A DNA stretch of 63,999 nt, filler included, from Octopus bimaculoides (GCF_001194135.2; 6 parts of 6 records of this genome joined end to end with filler, not necessarily neighbours in it), one strand, 5' to 3'; positions 37,621-52,312 are shown, counted from the first letter of the whole stretch. Notes: generated by a model from the sequence alone, not told the origin. Numbers and translations are program-made.

Positions 37621-37822
37621 ACTGCTGATTACATCGACCCTAGTTAATAACTGATATTTATTTGATCAACTTTGAATGAAGAAGAATGTTGACGTCAGCC
37701 ATATGTGAATTCTGAACATAAACAGCCGGACGAAATGCTGGCAAGCATTTTGTTCGACAAATCACATACCGGTCTTACTCTAGTAATTAAAAAAAAGAAA
37801 AGACAGTGGGTACTGAAATCGT

Positions 37823-37860
<38 letters not shown>

Positions 37861-37870
37861 NNNNNNNNNN

Positions 37871-37901
<31 letters not shown>

Positions 37902-38214
37902 AGATGGTCATGGCTGGAACGACTTTTATCATTGATCAACTAAACCAACATATCCATGAGGCTAAACATTTAGAATAATTGTTTCAAAATTTGGTACAAG
38001 ACCAGCAATTGGTGATTGCGTAGTCGATTATATCGACTTTGGTACTTGAATGGTATTTCATTTTATAAACCTTTCGAAGCACAAAAGGTAAAGTTTGAAA
38101 TTAGAACGTAAAGACCCGAAAGAAATACCGTTAAGCATTCTGTTCGACGTACCATTGATTCGGCTAGTGATGCATAAGGGTTCAAATTGTACGAAATGAT
38201 GTAAAAAGAGTAAA

Positions 38215-38545
38215 GAATCCCTTTGGTTATGAATGCCCATGGGATTGCACCCAGAAAGTTACCCTGCGAGGCACAAGTCCGAGCAAGGTTGGTTATGGAA
38301 AATCAGTAGTCGCTCATGCATATCACCTTCCCCTTTCCACGCCAGAGATCTTATCCAAAGGAAAGGCAAAGGCCGATACAGCTTGGCACCAGTGACGTCA
38401 CAACCCATTTCTACAGCTGAGTGAACCGGAGCAACGTGAAATAAAACGTCTTGCTCAAGAACACAACACACAGCCCGGTCTAGGAATCGAACTCACTACC
38501 TCATGACTGAGCCCGACGCTCTAACCACTGAGCCATGCACCTTCA
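38215..38545 (-). mobile_element. SINE family D (tRNA head, CORE-like centre)
   Basis: GCATGGCTCAGTGGTTAGAGC A box, GAGTTCGATTCC B box, TTCTTGAGCAAGAC segment. Confidence 0.8.
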
Positions 38546-39313
38546 CTGGATGATGTAGCATAATCTAAAAACCACAAGTGTCAAAAGGTTGAAAGGTAAG
38601 CGTCATAACTGACACACACGGAAGATGATGATCCTAATGATGGTTATAATGAATCTTGATGACCATCATCATGCTGATGATGACGACGGCGGCGAAGGTG
38701 GCGACAAGGACGAGTATTTTAATGATAGTGACGATGACTAAGATAATGATTTCCGATATAGGCAAAGGGCCAGCAATTGTTAGGGGAAACAGTAAATCAA
38801 TACCATCAACCCCAGTACTTGACTAGCACCCGCAAGGGATGAATAGCAAACTTGCCCTTCGTCTCGATTTTGAACTCTCAACGGGAAGAACCGGAAAACG
38901 ATGGCAAAGATAACATCTATGAAGGACGATTATGGCGATGGTTGTGGTGGTGGTGGTGGGTGATGGCGGTGGTTGATGCGTATCTCTCTTTTTCAATATC
39001 ATGGTGACCATATTTCCACTTTAAGAACACTTTCGACGCCACCTTGAAGATGAAGTTGTTTACAATTCTTAAACAATCTTGTTTGCTTCTATAAATGCAA
39101 GATAATACGATTGTGTGCAAGATTTTTCTTTTTCGTAAATTTTCCGTTTCCATTTTTGATATATGTATAAACATAAAAACTCACCCAAAAATAGATATAC
39201 ATATTTACCGACACATACGCAACATATATATACATGTATGTATGTATGTATGTATGTATGTATGTATGTATAAATACAGATGCACATACGCGTGCGTATA
39301 TACATATATGCTT

Positions 39314-39352
<39 letters not shown>

Positions 39353-40291
39353 NNNNNNNNNNNNNNNNNNNNNNNNNNNNNNNNNNNNNNNNNNNNNNNN
39401 NNNNNNNNNNNNNNNNNNNNNNNNNNNNNNNNNNNNNNNNNNNNNNNNNNNNNNNNNNNNNNNNNNNNNNNNNNNNNNNNNNNNNNNNNNNNNNNNNNNN
39501 NNNNNNNNNNNNNNNNNNNNNNNNNNNNNNNNNNNNNNNNNNNNNNNNNNNNNNNNNNNNNNNNNNNNNNNNNNNNNNNNNNNNNNNNNNNNNNNNNNNN
39601 NNNNNNNNNNNNNNNNNNNNNNNNNNNNNNNNNNNNNNNNNTATATACATATTCATATATATGCATATACATACATATATACTTATATATATATACATAT
39701 ATACATATATACATATATATATTTACATACACACACACGCACGCACACACATATAATAGCACCCATACGTTCACATGTTTGTGTGTTTCTTGTTATTATT
39801 TATTTATTTATCTATCTATTTATTTATCCATTTATTTTTTTTCTTTCATTCTTCCTTCACATCTGACTGCATTTGCAACGAAAAACTGCAACAAATCCAG
39901 CATGCATTCACAGAACGCTAGTACATCATCATAAACTATATGATTTTTCTCAATTCTCTTTTTCTGTTTTATCGCGTTGCTCGCACTAAAGAAATACTTG
40001 CTCACATTTCACACTCGGATGCATATATTCGGAAAAACATCCTTTCAATATAGTGTGAAATAGAATGAATACAATTATTTACTGCTTATATATCTGTCTA
40101 ATAGATTCAGGATCCGTAACTTACCAATCACTCTGGGACAGATGGTGTTGTCAGAGAGATATTAAGATATTGTTTTACGGGTTTATGTATACATTACATG
40201 CGTGTATATTTATGTACGTGTGTGTTTATACGTGTGAGTATATGCATGTATAATATGTGTGTATGTATCAATCTTGCTCGCATCTTAACTA

Positions 40292-40322
<31 letters not shown>

Positions 40323-40440
40323 AGACACACATATAAATACACGCTTATATATGTGTGTGTGTGAACAGATCAATGTATGTATATATGTGAATATATATGT
40401 GTGTGTGTGTGTATGGTATACGTTTTATTTAGTATACTTA

Positions 40441-40499
<59 letters not shown>

Positions 40500-41460
40500 A
40501 CATATACATGCCACAAGTACACACTTAAACACACACAACCGTCGCCACCCCCGACACAAACTGAAGGATTACGTTTCTTCAGAAGGAAACNNNNNNNNNN
40601 NNNNNNNNNNNNNNNNNNNNNNNNNNNNNNNNNNNNNNNNNNNNNNNNNNNNNNNNNNNNNNNNNNNNNNNNNNNNNNNNNNNNNNNNNNNNNNNNNNNN
40701 NNNNNNNNNNNNNNNNNNNNNNNNNNNNNNNNNNNNNNNNNNNNNNNNNNNNNNNNNNNNNNNNNNNNNNNNNNNNNNNNNNNNNNNNNNNNNNNNNNNN
40801 NNNNNNNNNNNNNNNNNNNNNNNNNNNNNNNNNNNNNNNNNNNNNNNNNNNNNNNNNNNNNNNNNNNNNNNNNNNNNNNNNNNNNNNNNNNNNNNNNNNN
40901 NNNNNNNNNNNNNNNNNNNNNNNNNNNNNNNNNNNNNNNNNNNNNNNNNNNNNNNNNNNNNNNNNNNNNNNNNNNNNNNNNNNNNNNNNNNNNNNNNNNN
41001 NNNNNNNNNNNNNNNNNNNNNNNNNNNNNNNNNNNNNNNNNNNNNNNNNNNNNNNNNNNNNNNNNNNNNNNNNNNNNNNNNNNNNNNNNNNNNNNNNNNN
41101 NNNNNNNNNNNNNNNNNNNNNNNNNNNNNNNNNNNNNNNNNNNNNNNNNNNNNNNNNNNNNNNNNNNNNNNNNNNNNNNNNNNNNNNNNNNNNNNNNNNN
41201 NNNNNNNNNNNNNNNNNNNNNNNNNNNNNNNNNNNNNNNNNNNNNNNNNNNNNNNNNNNNNNNNNNNNNNNNNNNNNNNNNNNNNNNNNNNNNNNNNNNN
41301 NNNNNNNNNNNNNNNNNNNNNNNNNNNNNNNNNNNNNGCCCGGTGTACGTTCTGAGTTCAAATTCCGTCTAGGTGGACTTTGCCTTTCATCCTCCCAGGG
41401 TTCAATGTAATCGACACATCCCCACCCACAAAAATGGCTGCCCTTGTAGCAAAAGTTGAA

Positions 41461-41513
<53 letters not shown>

Positions 41514-41517
41514 ATAA

Positions 41518-41712
41518 GGCGGCGAGCTGGCAGAATCGTCAGCAGCATTTCGTCTGTCGTTACGTTCCGAATTCAAGTGCCACCGAGGTCGACTCTGCCT
41601 TTCAACCTTTCGGAGTCGATAAATTAAGTACCAGTTGAGTACTGGGGTCAAGATAATCGACTTATACCCTCCCCATAAATTTCAGGCGTTATGCCTTTAG
41701 TAGAAAGGATAA
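41518..41712 (+). mobile_element. SINE family B
   Basis: Head and core homology. Confidence 0.8.
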
Positions 41713-41732
41713 TTACTATTATTATTATTATT

Positions 41733-42245
41733 GAGTGAGAGAGCAGCACATTCCACCAAAGCAACTCTGGACTGCAATTATACGAAACCCAATATGCCCA
41801 TAATGGCTACCCGTCTGATAAGGGTACTGCAGGTAAATGCATCACAGCCATATGTGCGCGATACGACGACTCATATCAAGATAAATAGTGCATGAACTTG
41901 CAGGTGGGGTCCTGTTAGAATTTTCTTCAGGTTAAGTAATCCATCCCGCTTAAAAGGTCCCTGAATAAGGGTTGTTTAAGGATGTTGAATGAAAGAGCCA
42001 TGTTTCCAGAGGTGAATTATTCAAACCCAAAGAATTTTTCACAACACATGGCCATGATACTCACCCCACTCCTCTTGCTCGTGATCAGAGAAGCACATAT
42101 TGTCAGCCGCAAAGGGACATGCTCCACTGGTTCAGGTCAAATAATTGACAAGCAAGTCTTTGGTATTGGGCATTACATTTGTTGTAGCCTATCTTTTACA
42201 CTAAAACGCTGCGGCATCGAACTGAATATTTGCTGTAGCCCTATA
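41733..42245 (-). mobile_element. Family F repeat, second copy
   Basis: Homologous to 29530-30042; preceded by (ATT)n. Confidence 0.7.
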
Positions 42246-42578
42246 ATTAGCTTGTTTGTTTGTCCGTGGACAAGGTATCTCAAGAACTGCTGGATGGATT
42301 CGGATGAAACTTTCAGGGATGTTTGGCCTCGTAACTGGCACAAACTCATTAAATTTTGGGATCGATCCGATGCCTGATAAGGATTCTGGATTATTTTTCC
42401 GTTTTTTTTTTTTACTTAATTTTTGAGAGTTGTCGAGTATATTTTAAGTATTCTCGTTTGTGTGAGGAATCGAGCTTATTTCAGATATTCTCATTTTCAA
42501 AATCAACTCTCGCTAATCGTTCAGAGGACGTTGGTGTTGCCTTGGCGGAGGTTTGCGTTCTCTGAGTGCTCTTGTTAT
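42246..42578 (+). mobile_element. Helentron-associated (HINE-like) element, 3' part
   Basis: Ends CTTGGCGGAGGTTTGCGTTCTCTGAGTGCTC, a subterminal GGCGGAGG plus small 3' hairpin. Family assignment from memory. Confidence 0.55.
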
Positions 42579-42802
42579 TTTTGTATTTGGATTTCACCAT
42601 TCAGGTTGTGATTACATATAGTACCAGCCAAAGTACTGAATATTGATGTACTCTTAATTTTAAAGGCTTGTGTTAGATACAATTATTATAACTATGAATG
42701 CTAGTTTTGTTACACACACACAATTAAATAGAATAAACGAACATTAGAAAGAACAATAACAAACAGGAAGACATGCTATTGGAATGTATTAGTTTGAGAG
42801 AG

Positions 42803-42839
42803 TTATTGACGTTTCGAGCATTACACTTCGTCAGAAATG
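42803..42839 (-). ncRNA. Minimal hammerhead motif, same family as 1645-1681
   Basis: CUGACGA-A-GUGU(AAU)GCUC-GAAAC-GUC/AAUAA. Core intact, stems eroded. Confidence 0.65.
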
Positions 42840-43107
42840 AAGAAGGGAAATATGAAAAGCCAAAAGAAAGGGAAAGAAATCACTAACAGCACGTGTGTAT
42901 TTATACACGCGCGCGCGCACATAAATACACGTACCTACATATGAATATATATGCATATGTAGGTTGGTATGTATGTAGGTATGCATAAATAATGAAAGTA
43001 GCCACGATTTGATCATCATGTGCAGTGTTTGGTCAGGTTCCATTTTGGTGAATAATAAACGATGAAGCTGTTATGTAAGAGTATATTTGTGTGCATGTGT
43101 ATGTACG

Positions 43108-43140
<33 letters not shown>

Positions 43141-43153
43141 ATGTATATATATG

Positions 43154-43196
<43 letters not shown>

Positions 43197-44005
43197 NNNN
43201 NNNNNNNNNNNNNNNNNNNNNNNNNNNNNNNNNNNNNNNNNNNNNNNNNNNNNNNNNNNNNNNNNNNNNNNNNNNNNNNNNNNNNNNNNNNNNNNNNNNN
43301 NNNNNNNNNNNNNNNNNNNNNNNNNNNNNNNNNNNNNNNNNNNNNNNNNNNNNNNNNNNNNNNNNNNNNNNNNNNNNNNNNNNNNNNNNNNNNNNNNNNN
43401 NNNNNNNNNNNNNNNNNNNNNNNNNNNNNNNNNNNNNNNNNNNNNNNNNNNNNNNNNNNNNNNNNNNNNNNNNNNNNNNNNNNNNNNNNNNNNNNNNNNN
43501 NNNNNNNNNNNNNNNNNNNNNNNNNNNNNNNNNNNNNNNNNNNNNNNNNNNNNNNNNNNNNNNNNNNNNNNNNNNNNNNNNNNNNNNNNNNNNNNNNNNN
43601 NNNNNNNNNNNNNNNNNNNNNNNNNNNNNNNNNNNNNNNNNNNNNNNNNNNNNNNNNNNNNNNNNNNNNNNNNNNNNNNNNNNNNNNNNNNNNNNNNNNN
43701 NNNNNNNNNNNNNNNNNNNNNNNNNNNNNNNNNNNNNNNNNNNNNNNNNNNNNNNNNNNNNNNNNNNNNNNNNNNNNNNNNNNNNNNNNNNNNNNNNNNN
43801 NNNNNNNNNNNNNNNNNNNNNNNNNNNNNNNNNNNNNNNNNNNNNNNNNNNNNNNNNNNNNNNNNNNNNNNNNNNNNNNNNNNNNNNNNNNNNNNNNNNN
43901 NNNNNNNNNNNNNNNNNNNNNNNNNNNNNNNNNNNNNNNNNNNNNNNNNNNNNNNNNNNNNNNNNNNNNNNNNNNNNNNNNNNNNNNNNNNNNNNNNNNN
44001 NNNNN

Positions 44006-44045
<40 letters not shown>

Positions 44046-44227
44046 TTTAAATATAACAGTTTGGGTATGAAATACAAAACATCTATATATATTTATGCAT
44101 GGAAAACGAGAGAAAGCTAAAAGTGAAGACTTCCAGACGGGGAATATTTAAGTATAAATACATAGATAGTTATATTAATACATTCAAACGACAGAGAAGA
44201 TTAAAAGGGAGGAAGAATGGTGTTATT

Positions 44228-44333
44228 AGTCCAACAGCTGTTTCTGGGGGGTTCGCAGATGTAGTTCATCACAAAATGCGGCAGTAAAGGAAGCAATCAA
44301 CATTGGATAAAGCGAGCCTCTGTTATCAGAGTA
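44228..44333 (-). ncRNA. Degenerate hammerhead, long-stem-II family
   Basis: CUGAUAA (G8>A) ... CCA-GAAAC-AGCU-GUU/GGAC; perfect palindrome ACAGCTGT. Confidence 0.5.
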
Positions 44334-45151
44334 GAGAAAATCTTACTTTTCAAATCATAATGCAGAGACGTTCAAAGATGGAATGATTAAATATGGAAGG
44401 CTAGTCGTATTAGATAACCCCACCGACCCTCCTACCACCTACTATATGTCTTCTTAACTGTTTCTCGTATATGAGCAAAGCCATTGCTAGATAGAATCAC
44501 TGAAATGAGTCGTTGTTGATGCAATGTGGGGCCCTTGTATGACTCTTGAGCCTGGCCTAAGATTTGAACATTCTATCACATAATGCACAACTGTGCTGGC
44601 TGGCAGAAGGAACAGGCACCACAGTATGAACTCTTTTGACATACCTTTGCAACTCTCCAGCTGCAAGGCACACAGTTAGTAGATAGGGATAAATTATCCA
44701 GGCTAACCATATCAAGTGGTAAGAAGTCCCATGGGTCACTTAGGCTGAACAATCCTACTATAATTCTTTTCATGGGTAAAGATGCATCAATGTATGTATG
44801 TATGCATTTCACAACAAGACTAGTGAACTGGTTCAGGTCAAATAATTGACAAGCAAGTCTTTGGTATTGGGCATTACATTTGTTGTAGCCTATCTTTTAC
44901 ACTAAAACGCTGCGGCATCGAACTGAATATTTGCTGTAGCCCTATATTATATAAATATATTCTACCTGTTCAGCTCATTATAAATTTCCTTGGAAACGCC
45001 TTGATTCCAATCAAAACTCTTCAGATCTTCTTCCTTTTTTTATCTTCTAGAAATTTCTCCCATCACTCCCCTCCCCCTCCCACTCTCCCCGCCGTGCTAT
45101 TCTATTTGTTAAAGCGTTACTACGCATTTTTATTACTACCATAATGGAGAA

Positions 45152-45190
<39 letters not shown>

Positions 45191-45433
45191 ATATATGNNN
45201 NNNNNNNNNNNNNNNNNNNNNNNNNNNNNNNNNNNNNNNNNNNNNNNNNNNNNNNNNNNNNNNNNNNNNNNNNNNNNNNNNNNNNNNNNNNNNNNNNNNN
45301 NNNNNNNNNNNNNNNNNNNNNNNNNNNNNNNNNNNNNNNNNNNNNNNNNNNNNNNNNNNNNNNNNNNNNNNNNNNNNNNNNNNNNNNNNNNNNNNNNNNN
45401 NNNNNNNNNNNNNNNNNNNNNNNNNNNNNNNNN

Positions 45434-45466
<33 letters not shown>

Positions 45467-47508
45467 GAGAATATATATATCATAATGGACTCTCCCGTCG
45501 TTAGACGACGTATGAGGGTTCGACAATTTCTTACCGAACCATGGTTTGTTTATAGTGATCAAATGTTTGCGTAGAAATAAGCCCACTCCCTCCATCAATC
45601 GACATTACCTGTACATACATATATATATACACACATATATAAACGCATATATACATACACACACACATATATATATACACTCGCATATATAAATATAAAT
45701 ATATATATATATATCTATATATATATTGTCAGACGGGACCTTGATGACTACCATGAGGCAGGAAAGTATACTAGTCCTTACATATTTAATACTCTATATT
45801 TAATAATCAATATTTCATATATTCAATAAGATATTCAATACTTCATTTCATTTTACTATTTATATTATATATTCCATATTCTATATCCCACATTAATTTT
45901 ATAAGAATATAAATAAAACATAAAAAACAGACAGAGTTGGAACTCTTTTAAATAATATATACATATATATATATAGATATATATACATTTTGAGAGTGAA
46001 TTTGGTAGAGGGAAACTATGTGTACCAGATTCACTCTCAAGGCATTATTCGACCCGGCGCTATAGCGAAAAAAACACTCGCCCGTCTTGTCACATCGTGG
46101 AACTGAAAATGAGACCACTAGGTTGCAAAGCGATATTCCTAACCACACAACCATGCCTTCAGCTCTATATTACAACAACAAAAAGAAAATTTAAATTAGA
46201 AAATTAAAGTCCAGACATCGGAGAATGTGAGATGAAACTTAACAGACGGTTCGTTGTTTTGCAGAAGCTGATGAAATAGCTATATCGAGTTTTGGCATGT
46301 CATCATTAGACGCCAAATACCCGTCTTCGTTTGCAGAAATATAATCAATCTACCTTAATTGCACAAATGTAACAGCGTCGTGATGCAGGCAATTTGTGCA
46401 GTACGATGTAACGAGTCATGTGATCATGAAGATTGTAGTTGTTGTTGTTGTTGTTGTTGTTGTTGTTATCGTCGTTGTCATCGTGTTTGCGGTGATGAGG
46501 AATCGTAACGATGAAGGTCTCAGATAACCGACTTGATTAATATTTCGCCGTATCTCATCTTCTTGTGACCCCCCCCCCCAGTCCGGATGAGATACCCCTA
46601 ACGAATAGTCGTCATAGAAATGGTTGTGGTGGCGACGGTGACGGTGACGGCGGTGGTGGTAGTGATGGAGGTGATGGTGGTGTTGATGACTGCAGCGGTG
46701 GTGACAGTGGTAATGATGGTGATGGTGGTAGTGGTGGTTATGGAGGCGGTGGGGATTTGATGGTGATGATTGTGGTGGTGGTGGTGGTGGTGGTGTTTGT
46801 TGTTGTTGTTTNNNNNNNNNNNNNNNNNNNNNNNNNNNNNNNNNNNNNNNNNNNNNNNNNNNNNNNNNNNNNNNNNNNNNNNNNNNNNNNNNNNNNNNNN
46901 NNNNNNNNNNNNNNNNNNNNNNNNNNNNNNNNNNNNNNNNNNNNNNNNNNNCCCCCCCCCCCCAGCAATTCCTACAACGCACTAACGAATTCAAAGCTAC
47001 CGAAAACTGATTCGACCAGCCAGCCAGCCAGAAATAGCAGCCAAATATCCATCAAGTTACACCCACACAAGAACGACGATACACCACCCACCAAGTCCTT
47101 AGTGTTTACGCAAACATGTAAAATGCGTGAATATTCGATAGAACAGTTGATTCCGGCCTGGAACAGCATTTTGGATCATAGTTCCGTTGAATCAGAGACG
47201 ACATGGGGCTAAAAATAAACAGCACCAACAACAACAACAACGATATATCATCCGCAAATTCTAACACCACCACCACCACCACCACCACCAGTCGTCACCC
47301 ATTTTTCTGCGCCAATATTTTTTTTTTTTTTCTACCTGTTCAGCTCATTATAAATTTCCTTGGAAACGCCTTGATTCCAATCAAAACTCTTCAGATCTTC
47401 TTCCTTTTNNNNNNNNNNNNNNNNNNNNNNNNNNNNNNNNNNNNNNNNNNNNTTAATTAATTAANNNNNNNNNNNNNNNNNNNNNNNNNNNNNNNNNNNN
47501 NNNNNNNN

Positions 47509-47576
<68 letters not shown>

Positions 47577-48657
47577 GCATACATGCATGCATACATGCAT
47601 GCATACATACACACACATACACACACACATATATATATGCGCATGTGTGTTTATATGTATATATATTTGTGCATCCAAGAGTATAGATCAGTTTGTATTT
47701 GTGTGTGGTGTGAAATAATTAAATGAAATAAAAAATTACAAAGAAGTTCAATACAAAGTTGTATATTCTAATAGTTTTCTTTAAAAACAAGGTTAACTCT
47801 CGATCATATTATAATTATTTTGATGTTTCAATGTCTTTATAAGGTATATTTTTAATCTACAATAATGCTATGAATTTTGAGATAACGAAGAAGTAACAAT
47901 GACGTAAATATGCATTTTTGAATCAGTCTGGCAAATTTGAATGCGAATATATGAATCGTTGTGGTATGCAGTAATTATCTGCACATATGTGGTATCTGTT
48001 TCCCTTCTTTTCCGTTCCTTACAAACAGAATTGGCTTATGTTTTTGGCTTATTTGTATGAGAATCTTTCATTTACATGTGTTCAGCGGTTGTCTTGGATG
48101 TTGATCTGTCGAGGTAAGTGTTTGAACTTTAAAGATAAGTACACGTGCGTGCACACACATATGTGTATATACATACATACATGTATACGCACACACACAC
48201 ACATACACACATACATACATCGAAACGTAAAAGACTTTTTCATTTTCCCGACCGTCAAACTAATACACTTATTTGTTGTTCATGTACCTGTCTTTGTCTT
48301 TTGTTTTTCTATAAATTTTCTATTATATATATATACATATATATATATATATANNNNNNNNNNNNNNNNNNNNNNNNNNNNNNNNNNNNNNNNNNNNNNN
48401 NNNNNNNNNNNNNNNNNNNNNNNNNNNNNNNNNNNNNNNNNNNNNNNNNNNNNNNNNNNNNNNNNNNNNNNNNNNNNNNNNNNNNNNNNNNNNNNNNNNN
48501 NNNNNNNNNNNNNNNNNNNNNNNNNNNNNNNNNNNNNNNNNNNNNNNNNNNNNNNNNNNNNNNNNNNNNNNNNNNNNNNNNNNNNNNNNNNNNNNNNNNN
48601 NNNNNNNNNNNNNNNNNNNNNNNNNNNNNNNNNNNNNNNNNNNNNNNNNNNNNNNNN

Positions 48658-48693
<36 letters not shown>

Positions 48694-48697
48694 TGTA

Positions 48698-49923
48698 TCA
48701 GGTCATTAAGAATGAAATGTCCGATTTTGAACTGAAGGTATATTTTACTTTATCGTAATAAAAAGTAATACAGCTAATCAAAGTGTGCATATAAATTATC
48801 AACGCAATTTTTGCCAATATTATTGGTAGCTTATTTATGCCGGCAGCGAAGAATTCTGGAGAGCAAGATGTGATGAAATCACGAAAGGTTGTTTTTGCAT
48901 CTTCTTCAAATTTGAAGTTTTTTTCCTTACAAAAAGTTGTCTAATGCCTGGAAAACGTGATAGTCAGTTGGTGCAAGGTCTGGTGAATATGGTGGATGAC
49001 AGAGTACTTCCAAGTTAGGTTTCTGTAACTTAAATAGTCTTCTTTGTGCAACATGTGGTCGAACATTGTCTTACAAGAGAATTGGCCTGTCTCTCTTGAC
49101 CAATCTCGGTTGTTTAGTTGCAAGTTCACTCATCATTTCATCCAAATGGTTGATGTATACATCCGCTGCAATTGACTTACCAGGTCTCATGAAGCTGTAG
49201 CAGATGACACCCGCACTGGACCACTAAACAAATATCATGAGCTTTTTCTTGGTGAATATTCTGCTTTGAATTGTGTTTTGGCATTTCGTCTCTATCCAAC
49301 CAGCGTGCAGAATGCTTGCTACTGTTGAAGAGAATCAATTTTTCATCACACGTAACAATAAGATGAAAAATGGTTCGCTTTTATGCCGTGACAGCAAAGA
49401 ACAGCAAGTTTGAAGACGACATGTCATTTGATGCTCGTTCAGTTCGTGTGGTACCTGCTTGTCCAGTTTCTTTACCTTGCTGATCTGTTTCAGATGGCTC
49501 AGTAACAGTTGGAATCGAAATATCAAACCTTGCTGCTAACTCATGCGTAGTTTGAGATGTATCCGCTTCCACTACAGTTTTCAGCTCATCATTATCCACC
49601 TTGGTCTCGGATCTACTACGGGGTTGATTTTCAAGAGTAAAGTCACCAGACCGGAACTTCTCAAATCATCGACGTACAGTGCGCTCATTCACCACATATT
49701 CACCAAACACCTCATTGACGTTTCGAGCTGTCTGGGATGCATTGGTTCCACGATGGAACTCATATTCATAAGCAAGACGAATTTTTGAACTATCCATGGG
49801 TTCGGAAAAATTGATTTACAAGAGAAAACTTACAATATAATCAGATTGCATTTCGGAAAGTAATGATGTAACTGTCGAACTTGGTGCATAGGAAAATCTG
49901 ACATTTCATTCTTAATGTCCTTA
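48698..49923 (-). mobile_element. Full-length mariner (1226 bp) with a decayed transposase
   Basis: 31-bp TIRs (3 mismatches) flanked by TA. ATG at 49797: MDSSKIRLAYEYEFHRG..KFRSGDF..VPHELN..IVTCDEK; stops and frameshifts present. Confidence 0.92.
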
Positions 49924-50295
49924 TATATATATATATATNNNNNNNNNNNNNNNNNNNNNNNNNNNNNNNNNNNNNNNNNNNNNNNNNNNNNNNNNNNNNN
50001 NNNNNNNNNNNNNNNNNNNNNNNNNNNNNNNNNNNNNNNNNNNNNNNACAAGTTTAAGATTTAAAAGAAATTAAGAGATGAATAAATGACCACGTTAGTT
50101 ATAGGGTGGAGGCGGTGGTGCAGAAGAAAAGAAGTGTATAGGGCGAGGCAGGTTTTTATATATTATAAAACGAATGTTTAAAAGGCAGTGCGAGGGGCGT
50201 GGATAGAATAAAGAAAAGAAATAAGGGCTGTAGAAAGTAAAGAGACAAATGAGAAGCAGAAGAAAAAAGGCAAGAAGGGAAAGCGAATGAAAACG

Positions 50296-50329
<34 letters not shown>

Positions 50330-50737
50330 GAAGAAAAGAAGAAAGAAAGAAAGAAATAGCGAGAGAATGTGAGTGAGTAAGTGAGTGAGTGAGAGAGTGA
50401 GTGAATGAATGAATGAGTGAGTGAGTGAGTGAGTGAGTGAGTGAGTGAGTGGGTGAGTGAGAGTGTGTGAGAGTAAAACGAAATAGAAGAGGAGAACAAG
50501 GAATTGTAGAGGGAATCATAACGTAACAAAGAAAAACTGAATGATAGGGAGTGAAGTAAAAGGAAATAAAAGAGAGGAACCAGTGTCACCAGAAAAATTA
50601 ATCAGCAAGGAAGGGAGACAAGTATAAAAGAGAGAGAAAGGAAATTCTGTAAAATGCAACAGATTAATATGTATTGAGAGGTTGAAGCTAAAAAAAAAAT
50701 AATAAATGTCGTGTGGTGTACGGAAATAATAGCTACG

Positions 50738-50786
50738 TAATTCTGATGAGGCAGGGGAAGAGGGAGGTAGACTTAAACGTCGATTA
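50738..50786 (+). ncRNA. Degenerate hammerhead motif
   Basis: UAAUU-CUGAUGA ... UAAAC-GUC/GAUUA. 5-bp stem I, G12>U, poor stem II. Confidence 0.4.
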
Positions 50787-51483
50787 AAATAGAAGAGAGG
50801 CTAAGTTGTTGATTAGTTCATGAAAAGGAAGATTAGAACGAGTGAGAGGCGGGTGGGGGATAATAAATAAAGTAATGAGTGAGTAATGGTATTTTATGTT
50901 GGGGAGGGGTGTTATGAATAGGTGACTAGAATAGGCCCTTCAAGAAACAAGGTTTTGGTGGATTTTGAGAACGACTGGTTTTAAATGATGAGGAAGGTAA
51001 GATACCATTCTCACAAATTCTTTTCAAGAGGGTTCTAAAAATGTCACAAAGGCATTTTGGAAAAGCAAAAGATCCTTTACAAGGTAGACATATCTACACA
51101 GTCCACGCTTCTTTCTAACAGCATGTAAAATATACATAGAAAAACACCCATTCAAATTGATAAAGAAACCCAGTTTTTATTACCCAGGTAAACTTGTATC
51201 TCATTAAAGTATCACAAATATAACTTCTAAGCTAAGCCTGATATACAGCTTGATTAACCTGGCAGAAAGTAGGCTAGGTCGATAAAATAAGTATCAGTTG
51301 AGCACGGTGATTAATGTAATCGATTTACCACCCCCTCCTAAATTGTTGGCCTTGTGCCAAAATTTGAAACCAATATATTTGCAAATATTTTTGGCATTTT
51401 TAAACAGGAGATATCAAAAACCAAGGCAGAACGAGTATCTCAAGTCATTTAGAATAATTTAATTAAGGTAAGTTGAATTCGAA

Positions 51484-51559
51484 GTCTTACAACCGTTTCT
51501 GGGATAACCTAAGTGGTAAGTTAGTATGTTCACGCACTGGGCATTCCGTCATCAGAGAC
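51484..51559 (-). ncRNA. Type I hammerhead, long stem II
   Basis: GUCU-CUGAUGA-CGGA..UCCCA-GAAAC-GGUU-GUA/AGAC; 4-bp stem I. Confidence 0.65.
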
Positions 51560-52312
51560 AAGGTATGACTATTTTTGACATGGAAATTTACAGTTTACAA
51601 GGAATAAAATTCTCAGTTTATAACGAATAAAATAGAAGATTAAAGGGTAAAGTTAGTTAGAAAAATACAGACAGGAGAATAATGTTCAGTGGAATAAATC
51701 ATTCAAAATACTGCCAAAATACCGTCTGGATTTACCTGGGATTATAGCTAAAGACTTGTACCTTCATGGAAGTACCGACCAACATCCATATCCTCTGGAA
51801 AAAGATGAGTTGTGAACATTATTCTCCTGCCTGTATTCTTCTAACAACCTTTACTCTTTATTCTTCTATTTCATTCCTTATAAGCTGTAAACTTTATTCC
51901 TTGTAAACTGTAAATTTTCCTTATCAAAAATATTCAAGCGTGGCTGTGTGGTAAGTAGCTTACTTACCAACCGCATGGTTTCGGATTCAGCCCCACTGCG
52001 TGGCACCTTGGGCGAGTGCCTTCTGCTATAGCCTCGGGCCGACCAAAGCCTTATGAGTAGATTTAGTAGACGGAAACTGAATATATATATACGCATGTGT
52101 GTGCGTATGTTTGTGTATCTGTGTTTGTCCCCACCACCATCGCTTGACAACCGATGTCGGTGTGTTTACGTCCCTGTAACTTAGCGGTTCGGCAAAAGAG
52201 AACGATAGAATAAGTACTAGTCTCACAAAGAATAAGTCCTGGGGTCAATTTGTTCACCTAAAGGTGGTGCTCCAGCATGACTGAAATAAATATAAAAAAA
52301 AAAGAATACCTT

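Noticed and set aside
40119-40135. 8-nt minus-strand microexon before GTAAGT; also CACAG|GTAAGA at about 25480
   Set aside because: Weak pyrimidine tracts; such motifs are expected by chance at this AT content.
49705-49735. GAAACGTC as a hammerhead half
   Set aside because: Lies in mariner coding sequence with no CUGANGA partner.
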